Below are positions 1 to 13,752 of a stretch of DNA of 64,000 nt, in pieces. The notes beneath the pieces are model-generated. The model did no database searches, was not told the origin of the DNA, and saw only the letters and a list, made by a program, of their open reading frames with translations. The first letter of the stretch is position 1; every line of letters begins with the position of its first letter. Location: the NCBI GenBank assembly GCA_964016885.1, contig OZ024758.1, positions 17,918,001 to 17,982,000 on the forward strand, in the 5' to 3' direction. Source of the stretch: Eledone cirrhosa. Taxonomy: Eukaryota. A program made the translations under genes and the position numbers.

Positions 1-319
1 CACACACACACAGCGAAAGAAAAAGAGACAATCTTGCGCAAAATGATGTACGGTGAGGGTATATTTAACGGTAGCGAATCATAGAAAGTGTGATAGCCAG
101 AAGAAAATAATGGTATACTTGATATAATTGTTTTGACATCAAAAGTCTTGTATCTCCTCCAGCGTTCCGTTGTACTGTCAAACAACTAGCGTTCAACAAC
201 AGATACATCACTAATCGATACCGTCCTTAAACCAGCTCTTGTATTTAGTTATAATCGCGCTTATTTCTTATTATATTACCTATAGTCTCTGTACCAAACC
301 TCGTTGTCATTTATTCACT

Positions 320-421
<102 letters not shown>

Positions 422-494
422 CATTATGAAGAGAGAAGAAACATTTTAGATATAATTAGTAATAAAATGTATCATACCTAAACTGCTCCTAGAT

Positions 495-584
495 TCCTCG
501 ACTACGTAGTTTCGTGGCATAAACAAAAACAATACATCATAAAGATATAGAGTCCTTGCGAGTTATGCCGACTTATCAAGAGGA
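495..584 (-). ncRNA. Type I hammerhead ribozyme motif, U3:A8 core variant, long stem II
   Basis: Minus strand reads tcctc-TTGATAA-gtcggcataa...ttatgccac-GAAA-ctacgtag-TC-gagga. Stem I tcctc/gagga, paired stem II base, palindromic stem III ACTACGTAGT, GUC triplet. About 75 nt from (TA)n. Confidence 0.75.
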
Positions 585-1171
585 TACCTCATTTTACTAG
601 TCTCAAGAACGCGTCTACACGACGTGAGAAAGAATCCCAAAAGGCGGAGGGGGAGATAGTCACGCGATATAACGGTCGAGAAACAGAGCTAAGCCTCTTA
701 TAACCCCGAAGAAAATACCACGGAGGCGGAGGGGGCATTTATATCGAAGCCGTAGAAGAGGTGGTGAGGGAGGCGAGAAGTATGAGTAATGGCAGCTTTC
801 CAGCTGTCACCACACTTCAAAGATTACTCAACCAGAGGGAGTTATTAACAATATATTTAGAAACGCACAGATACATGCGGACACACACATATACATGTAT
901 GCATCAACAAGTATAGTACATAGTTAATTGAAACGATAGGCCTTCCCACGATAATATAAATTATACGCCGCAATAACGTCAACAGAAATATATCTCTGAA
1001 TCTGGATTTCTAAGAGCCTATAGCAGTGATAAATAAATGTGTCTTCATACAATAACTATTGCTAGAAACGGATCTGTCTTGAGTGGCGCTAAAAACAAGA
1101 GTATTTAAACGATAAAAAACATAATGTACTCGAAAAATATGTCACGCACATCATAACAACATATATATACA

Positions 1172-1256
<85 letters not shown>

Positions 1257-1257
<1 letters not shown>

Positions 1258-1605
1258 TATTAATAATGAGTTCAAAACTCAGGCAGTCCTTTACAATGAA
1301 ATAGCTCAAAGAAAGAAATATTTCTGAGCCGTGTAATACAAGTTAATATAAATTAATATATTTGATAAACACAAATACCAACATATCCGTGTTTGTATTG
1401 TAAATGACTAAGTTAGCTAGATTGAAATATACTAATTATAATAATACAGTTTGCCTGTCTCGATTTAAAATATTGATTTAATATTTTAAATCGAGACAGG
1501 CAAACTGTATTATTATAATTAGTATATTTCAATCTAGCTTACAATACAAACACGGATATGTTGGTATTTGTGTTTATCAAATATATTAATTTATATTAAC
1601 TTGTA
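1257..1605. mobile_element. Asymmetric fold-back element in (TA)n (second copy at 2841-3185)
   Basis: Arms ~1337-1474 and 1481-1605 are reverse complements. The left arm is ~80 nt longer and both ends abut TA tracts. No clear HHR core found. Confidence 0.7.
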
Positions 1606-1626
1606 TATATATATATATTTTTTTTT

Positions 1627-2283
<657 letters not shown>

Positions 2284-2438
2284 TATATATAGATATAAAT
2301 ATATAAATATATATAGATATGAATATATACATATATATATAGATATAAATATATAGATATATATAGATATAAATATATAGATATATATAGATATAAATAT
2401 ACAGATACATATAGATATATAGATATAAATATATAGGT

Positions 2439-2514
<76 letters not shown>

Positions 2515-2723
2515 GTATGTATGTATGTACCTATATATTTATATCTATATATCTATATGTATCTGTATATTTATATCTATATATATCTATATATTTATAT
2601 CTATATATATCTATATATTTATATCTATATATATATGTATATATTCATATCTATATATATTTATATATTTATATCTATATATATATGTATATATTCATAT
2701 CTATATATATTTATATATTTATA

Positions 2724-2817
<94 letters not shown>

Positions 2818-3183
2818 TATATATATATATATATATATATACAAGTTAATATAAATTAATATATTTGATAAACACAAATACCAACATATCCGTGTTTGTA
2901 TTGTAATCTAGATTGAAATATACTAATTATAATAATACAGTTTGCCTGTCTCGATTTAAAATATTAAATCAATATTTTAAATCGAGACAGGCAAACTGTA
3001 TTATTATAATTAGTATATTTCAATCTAGCTAACTTAGTCATTTACAATACAAACACGGATATGTTGGTATTTGTGTTTATCAAATATATTAATTTATATT
3101 AACTTGTATTACACGGCTCAGAAATATTTCTTTGAGCTATTTCATTGTAAAGGACTGCCTGAGTTTTGAACTCATTATTAATA

Positions 3184-3217
<34 letters not shown>

Positions 3218-4566
3218 TGTATATATATGTTGTTATGATGTGCGTGACATATTTTTCGAGTACATTATGTTTTTTATCGTTTAAATACTCTTGTTTTTAG
3301 CGCCACTCAAGACAGATCCATTTCTAGCAATAGTTATGGTATGAAGACACATTTATTTAACACTGCTATAGGCTCTTAGAAATCCAGATTCAGAGATATA
3401 TTTCTGTTGACATTATTGCGGCGTATAATTTATATTATCGTGGGAAGGCCTATCGTTTCAATTAACTATGTACTATACTTGTTGAACCATATAAGATGGC
3501 ATGGTTTATATCCATTAAAAAAAAATGTATTCGTTAACCATACTAGATTATTTTCGTTTATCCCCTCTTTCGCTGTGATAATAAATATTATGTCGTATCT
3601 TATTTTTTCATCATACGCCTCTGTAGTGCGTTTGGTGTAGGGTTCGTGATCCGAAGTTTGTGGTGGGTTTTATTCCCTGATCCTGTGACGCGTTGTGAAC
3701 CAGAAAAAAGATCTCATATACTGGGAAACAGTTCAATCAGACGAAAATAAGATCCAGCGTTAGATTGGGGCTACCCTTAGGGTCAAAGGAAAATGAGTTA
3801 CAGCGGTATCTTGGAGCTATCCCTGCTAGGGACTCATGTTCTGTGAAAATGTTGGTTATTAAGGTGATGGTGTTTTAGAAAGTGTTTTATGTATTATATT
3901 AATGCTTAAGCAAATCTAAGCACAATGGTAAATGTGCCACTCTTCACCAGTATTCCTCATAGCTGAAAAGAACTTAAAAAACCTTCCCTTCTAAACATAC
4001 ATTTAAATATACCATTTCCGGTGTATTGAAAGTAGAAGAATGAATTTTACTTACTTTAATAACATTATTAATGAAATAACGAGGTAGAGTGCGATACGCA
4101 GAACATTTCACATTCAAGGCAAATGGATGCAGTAAAATTATCAATTCAAGTTAATATATTTAAATTAAGATTTTATAGGAATTCCTATTGTTGCGTAATT
4201 AATATCGATTGTTACTTTCAAAATATGAATAATGATAGTGATGCTGATAACTTCAATGATGACGATAATAAGAAGGATGAGAAGGAGATTTTTGTAAGCT
4301 AAAATGTCTAAGTTTTCAATTAATAAATATAATTAAAGTGACTTAAAACTGAATAGTTACACAAATTCAACATTCCTAAATGTATATATAGAGATATTCT
4401 AATTTCACAAATATATCATATATTAAAAATTTATATATCTACACATAACACACACATAAGGAGGAAAGCAGCGATTCTTTGCTTAAACTTTAATCTATTA
4501 TTTTAATAAATATTTGCTCTACGGTTCATATATATTTGATATATATTTATCCTTATTTATTATTAT

Positions 4567-4652
<86 letters not shown>

Positions 4653-4738
4653 TAATAGTAATAATTCATATATATATATATAGAGAGAGAGAGAGGGAGA
4701 GAGAGCGAGAGAGTAATAGTAATAATTCATGTGATTCC

Positions 4739-4793
4739 AAAGTTTCAGAAGATGCCATTAAGGGTGAAAGCAACGAGTCTTTGCTTAAACTTT
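4739..4793 (+). ncRNA. Hammerhead-like motif with CAGAAGA core
   Basis: aaagttt-CAGAAGA-tgccattaagggt-GAAA-gcaa(cgagtct)ttgc-TT-aaacttt. 7-bp stem I. Relatives at ~4465-4492 (3' half only) and 39152-39204 (minus). Confidence 0.65.
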
Positions 4794-4807
4794 AATCCGT
4801 TTTTATA

Positions 4808-4899
<92 letters not shown>

Positions 4900-4970
4900 C
4901 CCGGGTTCAAGCAATTCTATTCTTGCAGAAGCCATTTCTATATATATATATATATATATTCATATATATA

Positions 4971-5030
<60 letters not shown>

Positions 5031-5038
5031 TATATATA

Positions 5039-5090
<52 letters not shown>

Positions 5091-5118
5091 TATATATGTT
5101 CATATATATATATGTATA

Positions 5119-5327
5119 TAACGAAGGAAATGTGGTAAGGAACCAGGTGGACCATAACGCACCAAAGTACTCAATACTTAGGGTAGTAGAGTGGGTAATA
5201 GGAACGAGTAGGACCCCGACGGCTGAGCTCAGGCCGTTTCGACGGCTAATTCTGGACTAAAATTTTCGTCCAGAATTAGCCGTCGAAAGTGCCTGAGTTC
5301 AGCCGTCGGGGTCCTACTCGTTCCTAT
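5119..5327. mobile_element. Fold-back mini-element, family B
   Basis: Arms ~5199-5258 and 5268-5327. Left arm ~80 nt longer, TA flanks. Homologue in opposite orientation at 61760-61997 and a diverged relative at ~22030-22170. Confidence 0.85.
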
Positions 5328-5354
5328 ATATATATATATTCATATATATATATA

Positions 5355-5427
<73 letters not shown>

Positions 5428-5751
5428 TCATATATATATTCATATATATATATATATTCATATATATATATATATATTCATCTATATATATATATATTCA
5501 TATATATATATATTCATATATATATATATATATATTCATCTATATATATATATATTCATATATATATATATATTGGTAAACGGAATAGAAAATGCTGACA
5601 AATTGTTCACAGTGAAAAATAGTTTAATTAGGAATAAGTGAGAATTAGTAATAGTATTGGTTAGTATTCAGTTTTGGTTTTAAGTTTTACCGGTTGCGCA
5701 TTTCTAATGCTTTTCAAAAATAACTTTGAGATAGAGCGTCCGTGATGTTTG

Positions 5752-5867
<116 letters not shown>

Positions 5868-6584
5868 AAACACTAAATGGTTTGTATGCGCCTGAAAGCA
5901 TAATTCACTTCCATGTAACTGTACATGTGAAAACTTTCAGAGTTAATGAACACAATTAGAAGCTGGAGATATGAACAGCTAGTGAATGAATAAAGCAAAA
6001 CTAACTGATCATATAGGGAACCAGGCTTGTATTGTTACATCAGCTTGCCAGGAATTCCAAACCAATCAATTGTGTTCACACTTATATATGAATTGCATCG
6101 GATATGCTTAATTAAGAAAAGCATCCTTATTACAATTCAGAGCATACGTGTCAGAGTACCATAGCTGGACATATATATATGCAACCAGATATGTCAGAAT
6201 AGTTTTGTTATTTAGAACTGTCTTTAAGATATCTTTATAAGGTATTGGTGCAATGTCCATTTACACTTTTCGTTGCCAATTCAAACCTAATTCTAGACTG
6301 ATTGATATTGATCCAATGATTACTCTCTTGTGGAATGGAATTTGAATGAAATTCAAGTCATTTAATTAGTTATTCTGGAAGAAATTCCATCATATAATTT
6401 AATGTCCAATTCAATGCTGACCCACAGACATTTCTGTACAGCAAAAGTATCAGATCATTAGATTGTTTTGTGGGAGATTTGTGCTTATGATAAAGATGAT
6501 GTTGATGTTGCTGTTATTTATGCTTATAATAATGATGCTGATTGCAAGAACAGATTTGTTATATTTCTATCATTAAATTATTTT

Positions 6585-6772
6585 GAGCGGTGGATTGGCA
6601 GTATCGGTAGAGGGTCGGACGCCATGCTTTGCAGCATAATTACGTCCCTTTACGATCTGAGTTCAAATCCCGCCGAGGTTGACTTTGCCTTTCATCCTTA
6701 CGGGGTCGATAAAATAAAGTACCAGTAATGCACTGGGTAATTGCTGGCCTTGTGCCTAAAGTAGAGACAATT
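6585..6772 (+). mobile_element. tRNA-derived SINE (octopod type)
   Basis: A-box-like tggcagtatcgg, B-box gagttcaaatccc, central gcctttcatccttacggggtcgataaaataaagtaccag (resembles the Deu/Nin SINE domain), tail ggccttgtgcc...gaaacaatt. About 20 copies in the window. Confidence 0.85.
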
Positions 6773-6803
6773 AAATTATTTTTGTGGGAGATCTGTATTT
6801 ATG

Positions 6804-7791
6804 ATAATTGTTTCTACTTTAGGCACAAGGCCAGCAATTACCCAGTGCATTACTGGTATTTTATTTTATCGACCCCGTAAGGATGAAAGGCAAAGTCAAC
6901 CTCGGTGATGGTGTTTGTTGATGTTAGTGTTATTAAAGTTTATAATAATTGTTTCTACTTTTGGCACAAGGCCATTAATTACCCGATACTGCCAATCCAC
7001 CGCCCCTATATATAATATTATGTATTATAATTAATGATATTATGTATTATATTTTCAAAACAAAAAAGTAATTGTTTCTACTTTTGGCACAGTACATTAC
7101 TGGTACTTTAATTTATCGACCCCGTAAGGATGAAAGGCAAAGTTAACCTCGGCGGGATTTGAACTCAGATCGTAAAGGGACGTAACTATGCTGCAAAGCA
7201 TGGCGTCCGACTCTCTACCGATACTACAAAAAATAATGAAAGTTAAAACAATATATAGGTGGGGACAAGACTTTCGGACCACCCTGTATTTTAAATCATA
7301 TTTGTGGAATGGAATGAAAACAAAAATGTCAAAATATATTTCGATCTTTACGCAGGCACATCATTGGCAATGATCTTTCTGATAAAGTAATCACTTATTC
7401 AGTAAGCTTCATACTATATTTGAGTACAAAAGACTGACTATGATAGCAGACACTATATTTTTGGAAATACCGCCCTTATCAACATTGAAAATTATATTGA
7501 ATGGTTTACAATATTTATTTTAATCTATCTTGCTTCTAAGTGGTTGATTAACTTATTTTATGGCTATGGGGGTGGGGGGTTGATGATAATAAAAATAATA
7601 ACTTTTTCTACATTTGGCAGAAGAGCAGCAATTATCACAGTGCATTACTGGTACTTTATTTTATCGATCCTGTAAGGATGAAAAATGAAAGTTAACCTTG
7701 GCGGGATTTGAACTCACAACGTAACGAGCCATAACTACAATGCTGCAAAACATGGTATCTGACGTTCTACCGATACTGCCAAACCACGACC

Positions 7792-7792
<1 letters not shown>
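6804..7792 (-). mobile_element. Cluster of four partial SINE copies (6804-6905, 6945-7005, 7070-7225, 7600-7792)
   Basis: Reverse complement of the same SINE consensus. Confidence 0.8.
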
Positions 7793-7850
<58 letters not shown>

Positions 7851-7855
7851 TAAAA

Positions 7856-9117
7856 AAAATCCGAAAATTCTTAACCATGCACAGAATGCATCACCCTAAG
7901 GCAGACATAGATAGAATATATCTCCCTAGGAAAGAAGGAGGACGTGGGTTAATCCAGTTAGACATTGCGTTGAAAACTGCAACAATTGGATTATCCACAT
8001 ATCTAAGGGAATCACATGATTGGATGATCAAACTCGTTTTGAAACACGAAAGCACCAAAAGATCATATTCCATTACAAAAGATGCACAAAGATACAGTAA
8101 TGGACTACAAATTTCAGAAGTCCCATTTACTGCTGAAATGGAAAACACAGAAAAAGCAAAGCAGGTAAAAGTAACTGCAAAGAAAGAACTGCTACAGAAA
8201 CTGGCTAAGAAATGGCAAGAAAAGCCTCTGTATGGAAAATACCCAGAGCGAGCTAACAATCCTGATGTTGACAAAACTTTAACCCATCAGTGGTTGGCAT
8301 CCTCTGGACTGAAATCGGAGACTGAAGGACTGATTATATCCGCACAAGATCAGTGTCTGCCAACAAAAAATTACCAAGCCAACATAATAAAAAATGGGTG
8401 CAGCCCATTATGCCGTGTATGCAAAAAACAACCAGAGACCATTGACCATATAATTTCAATGTGCAGTCCTATAGCTCCAAACGAATACCTAAACAGGCAT
8501 GACAGAGCTGCACAATACATACATTGGATAATGTGTAAGCATTTTGACCTGCCCCATCAAAAGAATTGGTGGGAGCATCAACCACCTCCCATACTTGAAA
8601 AAGATCACATCTCAATCTTGTGGAACTTTAGCATCCAAACAGACCGAAAAATAGATGCAAATAGACCTGATATAATATTGAAGGACTTTCAAAGGAGGGT
8701 ATGCCTGCTAATTGATATGTCTGTTCCAATAGACAAGAATGTATCTATAAAAACATTTGAAAAATTGAGCAAGTATAAGGACCTGGAGATAGAAATTGGA
8801 AAAATGTGGAAATTGAGAACTAAAACAATACCAGTGGTTGTAGGCGCTCTGGGAATGATACCTAAGGGGTCTAACGACTACTTATCGCAAATCCCAGGAA
8901 ACCCGCGTATAGGAGAAATACAAAAGATAGTACTAATGGGAACTGCCCATATACTAAGGAAGATCCTGTCAATATAAGTACATCACAAGTCTAAACACTA
9001 AGGATGCATGTGTGAATATGTGTGTTCTTTCTTGAACATGGCGGACCTTGTTGTCTCTTGAGGTCACTGGTTGTGACTTGGTGATAACTCGTATAAACAT
9101 AAAGCAAGATAAATACA

Positions 9118-9119
<2 letters not shown>
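7856..9119 (+). mobile_element. 5'-truncated R4/Dong-type non-LTR retrotransposon (restriction-like endonuclease), ORF remnant 7877-8977
   Basis: RT thumb LYLPRKEGGRGL-type motif, CRVC..HIISMC zinc knuckle, RHD, RPD..D..VP..K..KY nuclease motif, ~140-nt 3' UTR. (TAA)n on both sides. Confidence 0.9.
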
Positions 9120-9156
<37 letters not shown>

Positions 9157-9158
<2 letters not shown>

Positions 9159-10098
9159 CGTGACCTATAGTAAGGAGCCAATGCTCAGAACTGTACTGAA
9201 GGAGGGGACAGTAGGCCAGGGGATGTCCAAGGAGGAAATAACATCAAGGAGGAAGAGCAGCCTTAAGGGAATATCCCTTCATAGTACCTTCTTTGAGAAA
9301 ACTGAATTTAGAGATCCACAGACATGGAACTGGTTGAGAAGAGGAGACCTCAAAAAGGCTACAGAAGGAATGCTAATGGCTGCGCAGGAGCAGGCCCTCA
9401 AAACGAAGTGGTTGAAGCACCATATCTACAAGGAGGAGGCTAGCCCACTGTGCAGGATCTGTGGAGCGAGAGAGGAGACTGTGGCTCACATTGTGTCCGA
9501 GTGTAAACACCTAGCCCAGACCCACTATAAGGGCTGGAGACACGATGTGATGGGCAGGGTGATCCACTGGCACCTGTGCAAAGTAAACAATTTACCACAT
9601 TCTGAGAAATGGTATGAGCATAGGCCAGAGGCGGTGATGGAGAACAATCAGGTGAAGGTGCTGTGGGATTTTAGGATACAGACGGACAAAAAACTGGAAC
9701 ACAATAGACCTGACCTGGTGGTTGTGGACAAAGAAAAAAGATCGTGCCTGATTGTGGATGTGGCCTGCCCGTTCGACACGAGAGTGCAAGAGAAGGAGAG
9801 GGAGAAAATTAACCGATACCAGGACCTAAAGTGGGAGGTGAAAAGGATTTGGAACTGCCATGAAGTCAAAGTGATCCCGATTGTCATAGGCGCACTGGGG
9901 ACTATCTCCAAAAGTTTCCAGGGATGGTTAAAGAAAATCGGCCCCTTCACGCTTTTTGGAACGCTTCAAAAGGCATGCTTGCTTGGAACAGCAAGAACCC
10001 TCCGATACGTCCTGAATATCTGAGGCTGCAGGTAATGGCTTGATATTCAATCCAACGGACTTTCCAGTTAACCAACATCAATGACTGAGATTCAAGGA
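9157..10098 (+). mobile_element. Second R4/Dong-type family, 5'-truncated, ORF remnant 9160-10023
   Basis: TEG.LMAAQEQ, CRIC..HIVSEC, RHD, NRPDL..DVACP..EK..RY, PIVIGALG. Flanked by TAA/CAA repeats. Confidence 0.9.
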
Positions 10099-10127
10099 AT
10101 AACAACAACAATAATAATAATAATAAT

Positions 10128-10572
10128 ATCAGGTGAAGGTGCTGTGGGATTTTAGGATACAGACGGACAAGAAACTGGAACACAATAGACCTGACCTGGT
10201 GGTTGTGGACAAAGAAAAAAGATCGTGCCTGATTGTGGATGTGGCCTGCCCATTCGACACGAGAGTGCAAGAGAAGGAGAGGGAGAAAATTAACCGATAC
10301 CAGGACTTAAAGTGGGAGGTAAAAAGGATTTGGAACTGCCATGAAGTCAAAGTGATCCCGATTGTCATAGGCGCACTATTCCAAAAGTTTCCAGGGATGG
10401 TTAAAGAAAATCGGCCCCTTCACACTTTTTGGAACGCTTCAAAAGGCATGCTTGCTGGGAACAGCAAGAACCCTCCGATAAGTCCTGAATATCTGAGGCT
10501 GCAGGTAGTGGCTTGATATTCATTCCAATAAACTTTCCAGTTAACTAACATCAATGACTGAGACTCAAGGAG
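10128..10572 (+). mobile_element. Shorter copy of the second R4/Dong family with a small frameshifting deletion
   Basis: Near-identical to 9648-10098, deletion near 10378, followed by (TAA)n. Confidence 0.9.
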
Positions 10573-10847
10573 TAATCACAATAATAACAATAATAATAAT
10601 AATAATAATAAATTAAACAAGATATTTAAGAGTCTACTTGTAATATACAAGTTTCAGGTATCAAACTTGCGCTTTCGAAATAAATTAAAGGTGCGGGTCA
10701 TTGAGAAAATATGTGTTCCCTCTGGCCAAGTACCACCTGAGATATTATGGTTATTCTGCATTGAAGACAATCCACTTTTTTTTGTCTTCTAATGTAACTC
10801 TGCTTCGATGAATATTGAAATTGTTCATAAGAACCTTATATATATCT

Positions 10848-10954
<107 letters not shown>

Positions 10955-10959
10955 TAAAT

Positions 10960-11079
10960 AATTACAATAGTGACATAAACAGGTACTCAAGTTTCATTGG
11001 GTTCTGGGCCGCAACTTCCAAAATTAGAGCCCGTAACCCAACGAAACTTAAATACCTGTTTATGTCATTGTTGTAATTA
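10960..11079. repeat. Diverged fold-back next to (TA)n carrying a hammerhead 3' half
   Basis: Arms 10960-11003 and 11036-11079 differ by transitions. The left arm on the minus strand reads GAAAC-ttga-GTA. Confidence 0.6.
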
Positions 11080-11340
11080 CTTTTCCTAAACTCGTCCTAT
11101 GGACTGAGTGCTCTTACTCTTGGATATTTCCACTTCACTTTTACTTCAGTATATATAAACTTATATATTTTTAGCAGATGAGTTTGGTCAGTGGTAAAGT
11201 TTGTGGAAAAGATAAACCACCGTTTAAGTTTAACTTCTATCAAGTCAAACGTGTATTCATTCTCACTGCCTTGACGAAATACGTAGCCGTGAATGAAATA
11301 TTGGGATCTTTTTCCCCTCGCTTGTGTGGTTTGCTGCATA

Positions 11341-11444
11341 TACATGGTGCCCCAATAAAATATATACACACTTCAACAACATTGTAATATTTGTTGCCTG
11401 TACAGGTAATAAAAGTATGTATACACATTTTGGGGACACCTTGT
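11341..11444. mobile_element. Tc1/mariner-type MITE
   Basis: Imperfect TIRs tacatggtgcccca / tggggacaccttgta with TA at both ends. Confidence 0.55.
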
Positions 11445-12369
11445 ATTTGACGTAAATACCATTAAATCGATACACCACGGTCCTAAGATCAAATCGTGAT
11501 ATTCGTGGTTGAAAAAGTGAGTAGCAATTGTATATTTGTCAATTGATTATAATCAATTTACTTTACAGCCCCACTATCTACAGTTCCTCCCCAAATCAAA
11601 CAAACAAATATACAATCGCTTTGTAGGAAATATATTTTTCTATCTTTATTATTAAGAGCATCAATCAAATTACCAAATCATTCTTCAGATTTCTGGTATA
11701 ACGAAAGTAATTGAATTAGTTGTCAAAAGAAAAGCAGCAACTAATCTAGATTTGTATTCTTTACTTTTGCAATCATCGATATATCTTCCATTAAAGCTGA
11801 TCAAAAGGACATTTTTTATCGTATAAGAACAATATAATTTCCTTTCGATCACTGCCAGTTTCTGTTGGACTGTCATACGTGGAATGGAATCATGCCAGAA
11901 TGGTTTAGTGGATGTATGAGTCGAACCTAAGGGAAAAGCCTAGAAGCTTGGTTGAGATTAAAAGACACATGGGAGTAGAAAGAAGAAAACAATAGTAAAT
12001 GTTTGTAATAAAAACAAAATCTATACATAGAGAATCTTAGAAAGTAGTTGTGTTCATTTACTTAATAAAAGCCATCCATTTTATATCTAGAGTTTGCTTG
12101 TAGATTTGAGAACGGCGTGATAGATAAAGTCTAAATCTCCAGGTGTAGGGAACGATAGTTCATATTTCGTTTCTGCTCTATCATTCTGTCTAAATCCAAG
12201 ATACTTAATTATTGCTGTCTTTATTTGCCTTACAAAGTCAACACCACGTTAGGAGAGGCAGCACATGGTATTAACGAATGTTAATATGCAGAATAGAATT
12301 TACTTGTATCCTTATATTTAAAAAGATACGGGGAAAAGATTTATTGGCCTTCACTAAATCTTAAATATA

Positions 12370-12537
12370 CCGTATTTCCTGGGGTCGAAGACGCTACTTT
12401 TCTCCTAAAATAAGTCTCAAAATTCTACAATGCATCCTATATGCCGGAGGTTGTTTATTATTTTTTTTCGAATTTTTGGTTGTCAAAATTAGGGTGCGTC
12501 CTCGAGAACGAAGCGTCTACGGCGTTGGGAAATATGG
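12370..12537. mobile_element. pogo/Tigger-like MITE
   Basis: ta|ccgtatttcc ... ggaaatatgg|ta TIRs with TA duplication. Confidence 0.65.
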
Positions 12538-12651
12538 TATATTATTAATGCTAATATTCTAAACGCTAAAGTATATACATATATGTAAATATATAATTGA
12601 CTGCCTCAGTATGAGTGTGTGCCTGTGAAACATATATATATATATATATAT

Positions 12652-13452
12652 ATTAGAAAGTGAGGTTTTTTTTACAAAATGAAAAATAACCGAGGTGTCC
12701 TACACGAGTGGAAGTATAAAGAAAAAGGGATGAAATCGAAAATGCAACTGAAATCTTATTTTTTTTTTAAATATATATATTTATTTGGTTCCTTTACCGG
12801 TTTCGCAGTTCTTCTGCTTTTCAAAAGGTGAGTTGAGATGGAGGGTCTGTGGTTTTTCTCACATCTGGTTGGTCTCTAAATGTTACTTGTTTTATATGGA
12901 AAAAGTGGCTCGAAAACCAGGTTTTTCGAGAAGTAATTTGATTGGTTTGTCAATAATTATAATAAATTTCGCGCCAGTTCACTATAAAGACTACAGAATA
13001 GTTTTCCAAATAAGGGCGCAAAAATGTAATGAAAACTTGTTCACGTGACAGCCAAATTTCATTTATAACCAACCCAAAAAAAGCGTTCGTGAGCCTCATT
13101 TTTTCAAGTAAAAAGAAATTCAAACACTCATATATGAAAAAACAACCTGTGACAACCCCCCCCTCTCTTAATTGAAGAACTATTGTAACGCGAACTGGCG
13201 CGAAATTTATTATAATTATTGACAAACCAATCAAATTAATTCTCGAAAAACCTGGTTTTCGAGCCACTTTTTCCATATAAAACAAGTAACATTTAGAGAC
13301 CAACCAGATGTGAGAAAAACCACAGACCCTCCATCTCAACTCACCTTTTGAAAAGCAGAAGAACTGCGAAACCGGTAAAGGAACCAAATAAATATATATA
13401 TTTTTCAAAAAAAAATAAGATTTCAGTTGCATTTTCGATTTCATCCCTTTTT

Positions 13453-13459
<7 letters not shown>
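12652..13459. mobile_element. Fold-back PLE-type element, family C, ~263-bp arms
   Basis: 12715-12979 versus 13193-13459 near-perfect inverted repeat with ~210-nt spacer. Left arm ~60 nt longer, TA flanks. Confidence 0.85.
13344..13381 (+). ncRNA. Minimal type I hammerhead, U3:A8 variant (mirror copy on minus strand at 12791-12828)
   Basis: cctt-TTGAAAA-gcag(aagaa)ctgc-GAAA-ccgg-TA-aagg. Palindromic ACCGGT stem III, GUA triplet. Confidence 0.8.
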
Positions 13460-13512
<53 letters not shown>

Positions 13513-13680
13513 ACATACACACCAGGTCCGATATACAAAGGAACCAAATACCGACTGCCACTATGTGTGAGTGTCTGTGAAACATATACACATTTACGCA
13601 CACACCAGGTCCGAATACAAACGAACCAAACTCCCACTGTCACTGCCTCGGTGTGAGTATGTGTCTGTGAAACATATATA

Positions 13681-13752
<72 letters not shown>

